Assembly (NCBI GenBank): GCA_051000715.1
Contig: JBPCOB010000065.1
Coordinates: 1-53,268 of the forward strand
DNA from: Mycobacteriales bacterium
Lineage (GTDB): Bacteria; Actinomycetota; Actinomycetes; JALYNC01
Direction of reading: 5' to 3'
Length of the DNA stretch: 53,268 nt
The position numbers were made by a program, and so were the translations under genes. Shown here one piece after another: positions 44,394-53,268 of this stretch (within the stretch, counting starts at the first letter, position 1; each line of letters starts with the position of its first letter). The notes beneath the pieces were generated by a model. It saw only the letters and a program-made list of their open reading frames with translations, made no database searches and had not been told where the DNA came from.

Positions 44394-44443
44394 AGCGAGG
44401 TTGCCGTGTCCGACACGCCGCGGCGCGACACGACAACCTCGCT
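44394..44443. terminator. long hairpin between convergent genes (candidate bidirectional terminator)
   Basis: AGCGAGGTTGCCGTGTC (44394-44410) pairs with GACACGACAACCTCGCT (44427-44443), 16 of 17 positions, with a 16-nt loop. It lies between the stops at 44346 and 44464. Confidence 0.45.
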
Positions 44444-44463
44444 GTGACCTCTGAGTCGCCCGT

Positions 44464-44866
44464 TCAGGCCCCGACGACGCTCCAGCCGAGCGACCGGGCC
44501 ACCTGTGCCAGGCGTGCGTCAAAGGTGACGAGCCGTACGACCGGTGCGCCTGCCCTGCTGGCTGCCGCCAGGTGCAGCGCATCCAGCGTGCGGGCGCCGG
44601 TCGTCTCGGCGAGGTCCGCAGCCAGCTTGCAAGTCGTTTCGTCGAGAGCGACGACCGCAAGGCTGTCCCAGTCCCGAGCGAAATCGCTCTTGACGGCGGC
44701 AAGATCCTGCGCGGCTACCCCGCAACGACAGCACCCGGCGCACCTCGACCTCGGTGTGGGCAGCGGTAGACCAAACGGGATCGGAGAGGAGAAGGCGTTC
44801 CGCGACATCAGAGTCCGGTTCGGCGACGTACAGCCTCCCCAACGCGCTGCTGTCGACGTACTGCAC
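44464..44866 (-). pseudogene. vapC: PIN-domain VapC-type toxin with one internal frameshift
   Basis: The N-terminus VQYVDSSALGRLYVAEPDSDVAERLL...HTEVEVRRVL is in one frame. The C-terminus VAAQDLAAVKSDFARDWDSLAVVALDE...TLDALHLAAA...LVTFDARL is in another. The switch is at the C/G run 44718-44721. Confidence 0.7.
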
Positions 44867-44868
44867 CT

Positions 44869-45135
44869 CTAGAGGCCGCGGTCCTCGTTGAGCATCTCTG
44901 CCGTGGAGGGTGAGCCGGGAGTCGGCTCGGCGGGCCGAAAGGGACCGGGCGGTGTCTGCGAACGCCGGACGATCCACCCTTCCGCCAGCCCACGCTGGAG
45001 ATTGTCCGTGGCCGGCGACGTCATGAGTACGGCGCGCGGCACACCGCGATCGGTCACCCGAAAGACCTCCCCGCGGGTCGCGCGATCCACGTACTCGGAC
45101 AGCCGAGCCTTGAGCTCCCGGGTTCCAACGTCCAT
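44869..45135 (-). CDS. Phd/YefM (prevent-host-death) family antitoxin
   Basis: MDVGTRELKARLSEYVDRATRGEVFRVTDRGVPRAVL is a typical Phd/YefM N-terminus. Its stop lies 2 nt (44867-44868) before the toxin GTG start at 44866. Confidence 0.75.
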   Translation of the reverse strand: MDVGTRELKARLSEYVDRATRGEVFRVTDRGVPRAVLMTSPATDNLQRGLAEGWIVRRSQTPPGPFRPAEPTPGSPSTAEMLNEDRGL

Positions 45136-45136
45136 G

Positions 45137-45165
45137 TAGTCACTTTACCGTCATCACATAGTCAC
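45137..45165. promoter_or_regulatory. direct repeats TAGTCAC (two copies, 22-bp spacing) immediately upstream of the antitoxin start
   Basis: 45137-45143 and 45159-45165, in an AT-enriched stretch adjacent to ATG 45135. Confidence 0.3.
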
Positions 45166-45254
45166 ACCAGGCCTGTGTCGGTCACCTGCCGTTCCGGGAG
45201 AAGTCGGACGTCACGGTATTGCAAGACAGACGTACGGTTTGCTACCTTGCCCCC

Positions 45255-45877
45255 GTGCCCAAGGTCAGCTCCGAGCATCTCGCCAACCGGCGGCGCCAAA
45301 TTCTGGACGGGGCCCGGACGGCGTTCGCGAGACACGGCTACGAGGGCGCGACCGTACGCCGGCTCGAGCAGGAGACCGGGCTCTCCCGCGGCGCGATCTT
45401 CCATCACTTCGCGGACAAAGAGACGCTCTTCCTGGCCGTCGCGCAGGATGACGCCGAGGAGATCGCCCGGGTCGTGACCGAGCAGGGCCTCGTGCAGGTC
45501 ATGCGCGAACTGCGCGATCGAGACAGCGGCTGGCTCGGCACCCAGCTCGAGGTTTCCCGGCGGCTTCGCACCGACCCGGACTTCCGCAAGCAGTGGCAGC
45601 ACCGGCTCGACATCGTCGCCGGCGCCACCGCCGAGCGCCTGCGAGCCGCTCAGGCGAGTGGGACGGTTCGCGACGACGTCCCGGTCGAGACGCTGGTCGG
45701 GCTGCTGACCCTCGTCCACGATGGCCTCGTGCTGCACCTCGCGATGGGCATGACCGCCGCGAACCTCGACGCCGTCCTCGACCTCGTCGAGTCGGCCGTA
45801 CGCCGCCCCGCCGCGAGCCAGTTCGGCCCGATTTCGCCTCGATCCGATTCCGCCAGCCCACGTCAGGAGATCCGGCG

Positions 45878-45881
<4 letters not shown>
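45255..45881 (+). CDS. TetR/AcrR family transcriptional regulator (possibly AcnR-like)
   Basis: HTH region [41 protein letters not shown]. The stop overlaps the aconitase ATG (ATGA). I chose GTG 45255; TTG 45219 is an alternative. Confidence 0.8.
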
Positions 45882-48688
<2,807 letters not shown>

Positions 48689-48693
48689 GCCGG

Positions 48694-49071
48694 TCAGTAT
48701 GGGCGGTGCAGATCGGGAAACATCGGAAAGTGGCGGACGTTCAGCGTGAGCAGGCGGGCGCCCAGCAGGATGGCGGTAGCAGCGATGGCAAGGTCGGCGC
48801 CGTCGATGGCCCGGTGAGTGGGTAGCCAGGTCCGGCCCAGCGCGCCCGCTTGCTCGGCCACCTGTGTGTCGACCGGGTGCCACACCAGCGTGGACAGCAG
48901 TAGCCGGGTCCGATCCTCCTCTGCCTGGCGCATGCCGGCCAAGACCTCCAGCCGCGTGATCTCGCTGGCGTTCAGAGCTCCGGCCGCCCGTTCGTCGTGC
49001 AGCAGCTCGCGTGCGCGGCCCTGGCCGCGGAGGTAGTCGATCAAAACCGACGTGTCGACCAGCGCCTTCAC
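48694..49071 (-). CDS. vapC: PIN-domain toxin (VapC family)
   Basis: VKALVDTSVLIDYL...ASEITRLEVL...DLAIAATAILLGARLLTLNVRHF. GTG 49071 overlaps the antitoxin stop (GTGA). Confidence 0.8.
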   Translation of the reverse strand: MKALVDTSVLIDYLRGQGRARELLHDERAAGALNASEITRLEVLAGMRQAEEDRTRLLLSTLVWHPVDTQVAEQAGALGRTWLPTHRAIDGADLAIAATAILLGARLLTLNVRHFPMFPDLHRPY

Positions 49072-49319
49072 CGGGTGTCCTCGAGGCGCCTTCCCGGTCG
49101 CAACTCTTCGACCCACGCTTCCCCGTCCAGGCTCCGCTCCTTCCAGGAGCCGAAGGCCTGCTGCATGGCGACGAGGTCGTCTTCGGCCGAGCGCTCGGAG
49201 CCGTAGACGACATCGACCGCCTCCCGGATGAGGGCAGAGATGGAACGGCCGGTACGTGCCGATGCAGCATCCAGCATCCGGCGCTCCGCCTCGGTGAGCG
49301 AGATCTGGGTACGCAGCAT
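49068..49319 (-). CDS. vapB: ribbon-helix-helix antitoxin (VapB/CopG-like)
   Basis: MLRTQISLTEAERRMLDAASARTGRSISALIREAV is RHH-like. Confidence 0.75.
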   Translation of the reverse strand: MLRTQISLTEAERRMLDAASARTGRSISALIREAVDVVYGSERSAEDDLVAMQQAFGSWKERSLDGEAWVEELRPGRRLEDTR

Positions 49320-49377
49320 GATGTAACGCTACATCACCCGGGATAAGATCGCGAACGGTTCTCCTGCCGTTCTCCTG
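49319..49377. promoter_or_regulatory. operator-like palindrome touching the antitoxin start codon, plus an 11-bp-phased direct repeat
   Basis: TGATGTA-acgc-TACATCA (49319-49336, perfect 7-bp arms). GTTCTCCTG occurs at 49358-49366 and 49369-49377. Confidence 0.35.
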
Positions 49378-49454
49378 TCGTTACCGCCCGCCTGTGGACG
49401 GCGTGGGACCGGTCTGGAACGCTGGTCGGCCGACCGACGAGCCGAGGAGAGGCT

Positions 49455-50243
49455 ATGAGCGAGGTCAAGAACTACGAGCCCGGTACGCCGTCGTGGGTGG
49501 ACCTGGCAACCACGGACGCCGAGGCGTCCCGGCAGTTCTACGGCGAGCTGATGGGCTGGTCGTTCGACGTGGGTGGATCGGAGACCGGCGGTTACGCCAT
49601 GGCGAAGGTCCGGGACCTCAACGTCGCCGGTCAGATGGAGATCAACGCGGACATGCGGGCCCAGGGGGTACCGCCGAGCTGGACGACGTACATCTCGGTC
49701 AGCGACGCCGAGAGGGTGGCCGAGCAAGTCAAGAGTGCCGGCGGCCAGGTCATGATGGGACCGATGGACGTCATGGAGTACGGCCGGATGGCCATAGCCC
49801 AGGACCCGACCGGTGCCGTCTTCGGATTATGGCAGCCCGGTACCCACATCGGCGCCCAGCTGGTCAACGAGCCGGGCGGGGTCGTCTGGAACCACCTGGC
49901 CACCCCCGACCCGTCGGCCGCAGGGGCCTTCTACGAGGCGCTCGGATGGTCGCTGGAGCAGATGGACATGGGCGGAACGCCCCAGACCATGTTCAAGGTT
50001 GGCGACAGGACGGTCGCCGGCATGGGGGACATCAAGGACTACCCACCCGGAACTCCGCCGCACTGGGACACCTTCTTCGCGGTCAGCGACTGCGACGCGG
50101 TCGCCACCCGGGTGCCCGAGCTGGGCGGGACCGTCCTCGTACCTCCCACGGACATGCCGTTCGGACGGTTCGCGGCGATCCAGGACCCGCAGGGCGCGGT
50201 CTTCTCGGTCGTCAAGATGCCCGAGGACTCGCAGTCGAGCTAG
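49455..50243 (+). CDS. two-domain VOC (glyoxalase-fold) family protein
   Basis: Tandem repeats of the W(V/N)(D/H)LAT...FY..(L/M)GW...G pattern. GAGGAGAGG lies upstream of ATG 49455. Confidence 0.8.
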   Translation: MSEVKNYEPGTPSWVDLATTDAEASRQFYGELMGWSFDVGGSETGGYAMAKVRDLNVAGQMEINADMRAQGVPPSWTTYISVSDAERVAEQVKSAGGQVMMGPMDVMEYGRMAIAQDPTGAVFGLWQPGTHIGAQLVNEPGGVVWNHLATPDPSAAGAFYEALGWSLEQMDMGGTPQTMFKVGDRTVAGMGDIKDYPPGTPPHWDTFFAVSDCDAVATRVPELGGTVLVPPTDMPFGRFAAIQDPQGAVFSVVKMPEDSQSS

Positions 50244-50587
50244 CCCCAGCCGAGCTCGTGCAGGCGGTCATCGCCGATGCCGAAGTGGTGAGCGACCTCG
50301 TGGATGACCGTAACCCGTACCTCCTCGACGACATCGGCCTCTGAGTCACAGGCGGCGCAGATGCGGCGGCGGTAGAGCGTGATGCGGTCCGGCAGTACGC
50401 CGGCGTAACCGCTCGTCGTGCGCTCGGTCAGCGGGATGCCTTCGTAGAGTCCCAGCAGATTCCGCTCGGCTGAGTCCTCCTCGACCAAGACGGCGACGTT
50501 GTCGATGAGCCGGCCTAGCTCGGGCGGGATCTGGTCCAGGGCGGCGGCAACCAGCTCCTCGAACCGGCTGAGCGGTACGTCGATCAC
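50240..50587 (-). CDS. zincin-like metallopeptidase family protein
   Basis: 115 aa with the HEVAHHFG zinc motif near the C-terminus. Confidence 0.8.
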   Translation of the reverse strand: MIDVPLSRFEELVAAALDQIPPELGRLIDNVAVLVEEDSAERNLLGLYEGIPLTERTTSGYAGVLPDRITLYRRRICAACDSEADVVEEVRVTVIHEVAHHFGIGDDRLHELGWG

Positions 50588-51153
50588 GAGCCCTTCGCCG
50601 CCGCCTTGGTGGCCCGCTTGTTGGCGCGCACCTCCTGCAGCGCATCCGGGCTTGTCACGTCGGCGATCGACCGGCGGCTGCCTTCGTCACCGTAGGGGCC
50701 GGCGGCCTCCCGCCAGCCGGCCGGGGTTACGCCGTACTGCTTGCCGAGCAGCGCGACGAGGATCTGCGCCTTCTGCCTTCCGAAGCCGGGCAGCTCCTGG
50801 ATGCGCCGAACCAGCTCAGCACCGTCCGCGACCCCAGACCACAACCCGGCAGCGTCGCCGCCGTAGCGGTCTACCAGGTGCCGGCAGCAGGCCTGAACGC
50901 GGCCGGCCATGCTGCGAGGATAGCGATGGATCACCGGTGGACGGGCGAAGATCGCGGCCAGCTCGTCCGGATCGTAGTTCGCGAGCTCCCCGGCGCTCAG
51001 GCCGTGGCCGAGCCGGCGGGTGAGCTCATACGGTCCGGCGAAGGCGCGCTCCATGGCGAACTGCTGGTCGAGCAGCATGCCGAGCAGCAGAGCCAGCGGC
51101 TCGCGGGACAGCAGGTCGTCGGCCTCGGCGTCGCCGGTCAGGTGCAGCGTCAC
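50584..51153 (-). CDS. HhH-GPD-type base-excision DNA repair family protein
   Basis: I chose GTG 51153. ADDLLSREPLALLLGMLLDQQFAMERAF and ELPGFGRQKAQILVALL (helix-hairpin-helix). Its stop overlaps the metallopeptidase start by 4 bp. Confidence 0.75.
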   Translation of the reverse strand: MTLHLTGDAEADDLLSREPLALLLGMLLDQQFAMERAFAGPYELTRRLGHGLSAGELANYDPDELAAIFARPPVIHRYPRSMAGRVQACCRHLVDRYGGDAAGLWSGVADGAELVRRIQELPGFGRQKAQILVALLGKQYGVTPAGWREAAGPYGDEGSRRSIADVTSPDALQEVRANKRATKAAAKGS

Positions 51154-51242
51154 CCCGCCGACGGTCGCACGGCCCTCGGTTGCCCCGCAACTGTACGGAC
51201 GGCCACCGGCCAGGCGGCGCCCTGACAAGCAGACCGCGCCGG

Positions 51243-51767
51243 TCAAGCGACGTGCTTTAGCGAGCACGGCTCTGGGGTCGCGACGCGACCGCCGGGTTGA
51301 TAGGCGAGGTACACGTGCAGCCGCCCATCGTGGCTGGCGGCAAGACGGCAGGCGGGGGACCACCCTCGGATCGCGTACACCGCCGTACCCGGCGTGAGGA
51401 ACGCCGCGTCGCCGTCCCGCGGCTGTGGGGGCACCTGCCCAGTTGCCTCGTTGAGCTTCGAGAACGAGCACCGCACCAACAGCACGCGTGCGCCAATCTC
51501 AGCACCGGTGATGGCTGGCACGCGGTAGAGGTCCGCGACGTAGTTCCGGCCGTTCGCCTGCACGAAGTCGACGTAATCGAGATGCGTGACGGAGCGGCCC
51601 CGCGCCGACAGCTTCGGACAGTCGGCGCTCATCGGCCGGCCGGAGCCGGCCGAGGGCGAGGGCGTCGAGGCCGAACGGTGCGTCGCCACCGCCGGTCGCT
51701 CGCTTGCGCATCCAGCAGTTACCGTGACAGCGAGAACCGCCAGAGCGATCATCCGAATACGCCGCAC
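51243..51767 (-). CDS. putative lipoprotein
   Basis: Signal peptide MRRIRMIALAVLAVTVTAGC with a lipobox-like TAGC. No family recognised. Confidence 0.6.
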   Translation of the reverse strand: MRRIRMIALAVLAVTVTAGCASERPAVATHRSASTPSPSAGSGRPMSADCPKLSARGRSVTHLDYVDFVQANGRNYVADLYRVPAITGAEIGARVLLVRCSFSKLNEATGQVPPQPRDGDAAFLTPGTAVYAIRGWSPACRLAASHDGRLHVYLAYQPGGRVATPEPCSLKHVA

Positions 51768-51929
51768 TGTCCCAGCCTCCCGCGATCAGACGCTGAGAAG
51801 CATCCATCGGTTCCGCATGCACGTCGACACAGAGATGGCACGGCCGTGCCCGAGGTCGTCGCCCGCAACGGCCGGGTGGCATCGACGACTGCACACGCTC
51901 GATAGGGGCGTTAGAGGAACCCGGTTTCT

Positions 51930-52583
51930 TCAGTCGGCGGAGGCGACGCCCACCGGGCAGGACAGCCCCGTCCCGCCGATGCCGCAGTAGCCACCCGGCA
52001 CCTTGGCGAGGTACTGCTGGTGGTAGTCCTCGGCGAAGTAGAACTGTCCGGCCGGCGCGATCTCGGTAGTGATCTCGCCGTACCGCTGGCCGCTCAGTAC
52101 GCGCTGGAAGGCGCCGCGGGTCTCCTCCGCCGCCTGCCGCTGGGCGTCGTCCCGGTAGTAGATCGCCGAGCGGTACTGGGTGCCCACGTCGTTGCCCTGG
52201 CGCATCCCCTGAGTGGGGTCGTGGGACTCCCAGAAGATCTTGAGCAGCTGCCGATAACTCACCTTGGCCGGGTCGAAGACGACCTGAACGGCCTCGGTGT
52301 GACCGGTGCGGCCGGAGCAGGTCTCCTTGTACGTCGGGTTGGGCGTGGAGCCGCCCGCATAGCCAACCGCGGTGGTGTAGACGCCCTCGGTCTCCCAGAA
52401 CTTGCGCTCGGCGCCCCAGAAGCAGCCGAGCCCGAAGGCGGCGACCTCCAGGCCATCGGGGTACGGCGGCACGAGTGGCTTACCGAGCACGTAGTGAGAC
52501 CCCGGCACCGGCATCCGCTCGGCCCGGCCGGGCAGGGCCTGGTCGGGGGCTGGCAGGGTGGTCTTGGACCGGGTGAACAACAC
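51930..52583 (-). CDS. msrA: peptide-methionine (S)-S-oxide reductase
   Basis: Active-site GCFWG, and [12 protein letters not shown]. Confidence 0.9.
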   Translation of the reverse strand: MLFTRSKTTLPAPDQALPGRAERMPVPGSHYVLGKPLVPPYPDGLEVAAFGLGCFWGAERKFWETEGVYTTAVGYAGGSTPNPTYKETCSGRTGHTEAVQVVFDPAKVSYRQLLKIFWESHDPTQGMRQGNDVGTQYRSAIYYRDDAQRQAAEETRGAFQRVLSGQRYGEITTEIAPAGQFYFAEDYHQQYLAKVPGGYCGIGGTGLSCPVGVASAD

Positions 52584-52668
52584 GATGAGCTACCTCCGCA
52601 GGATGTCGTCGACGGTCCAACGCGCCGGAGACGATGGAAAGTCCCTGACGGTCACGCGGGGAGGGCGA

Positions 52669-53268
52669 ATGAGTTCAGTCGACAGCCTGCTGGACCACGC
52701 ACTTGCCGTTTCGACCGAGGGCTGGGACTTCACTCGGCTCGGAAGTCGCCTCATGGTCACACCGCCACCGTGGGACTACCCGGCCCTGGTCGCGGCACAG
52801 GCGGGCCGCGCGCGGACCATGCTCGACATGGGCACCGGTGGAGGAGAGTGGCTCGCGGCCCTGCCCGCCCGTCCCGCAAAGACCCTCGCCACAGAGTGCT
52901 GGCCGCCGAACGTTCCGGTGGCAGCTCGCCGGCTGCGTGCGCTGGGCGTGGTCGTCGTCCAGGCGGAGGGCGCGCCGGACAACCAGGACGCGCCGACGAG
53001 ACCGAGGGCCGGCTTCCGTTCCGCGATGGAGCCATCGACCTCGTCGCCAACCGGCACGAGTCGTTCCTACCGGGCGAGGTGGCGCGGATCCTGGCGGCCG
53101 GTGGGAGCTTCGTCACCGAGCAGGTCGGAACGGGCTCCTACGACGACCTGCACCAACTGCTGGACCTGCCAGCGCCTCCTCCGGGCCGGTGGACGGTCTC
53201 GCTGGCCATCGAGCAGCTGGCTGAAGTGCGGCTCCACGTCGTGGCCTCCGGCAGCGGTGCCGAGCGGA
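52669..53268 (+). pseudogene. class I SAM-dependent methyltransferase, frame-interrupted; the 3' end lies outside the window
   Basis: ATG 52669 follows GGGGAGGG. The SAM motif MLDMGTGGGEWL is in frame 1. The continuation EGRLPFRDGAIDLVANRHESFLPGEVARILAAGGSFVTEQVG is in a different frame from about 52977-53004 onward. Confidence 0.6.

Overview
This is a high-GC, actinobacterial-type chromosomal segment that is densely coding on both strands. I count about 55 protein-coding genes or gene remnants. I recognised no rRNA, tRNA, CRISPR array, transposase or integrase.

Content:
- Core metabolism: a 1630-aa NAD-glutamate dehydrogenase, aconitase translationally coupled to an upstream TetR gene, MsrA, aminopeptidase P, enoyl-CoA hydratase and RidA.
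- An isolated histidine-utilisation pair: hutF plus a frame-disrupted M20 amidohydrolase.
- Envelope and transport genes: YihY, an AI-2E transporter, a formate/nitrite transporter, a Ca2+/H+ exchanger, and a secreted BNR-repeat protein.
- A cluster of a GDE-like hydrolase, a SAM methyltransferase and a GT4 glycosyltransferase.
- A tandem pair of dynamin-like GTPases next to a divergent glycine-rich protein.
- Two YbdK/GCS2-type carboxylate-amine ligase paralogues.
- Three PIN-toxin type II toxin-antitoxin modules.

Most notable direct observations:
1. Five genes (six junctions) have recognisable halves in different reading frames: SRPBCC, M20 hydrolase, panE-like (twice), one vapC, and a terminal methyltransferase.
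2. A UBP-type zinc-finger gene is split. Its N-terminal 20 codons lie on the minus strand and abut, within 5 nt, the stop codon of its C-terminal fragment on the plus strand. This sits inside a 0.6 kb gene-poor scar.
3. Operator-like repeat arrays lie in the PadR, RHH-VapC and Phd-VapC promoter regions.

I did not find a convincing, wholly novel multi-gene system. The best follow-up candidates are the dynamin-like locus and the ligase / membrane protein / Zn-ribbon operon. All family assignments come from motif recognition by eye and need HMM or BLAST confirmation.
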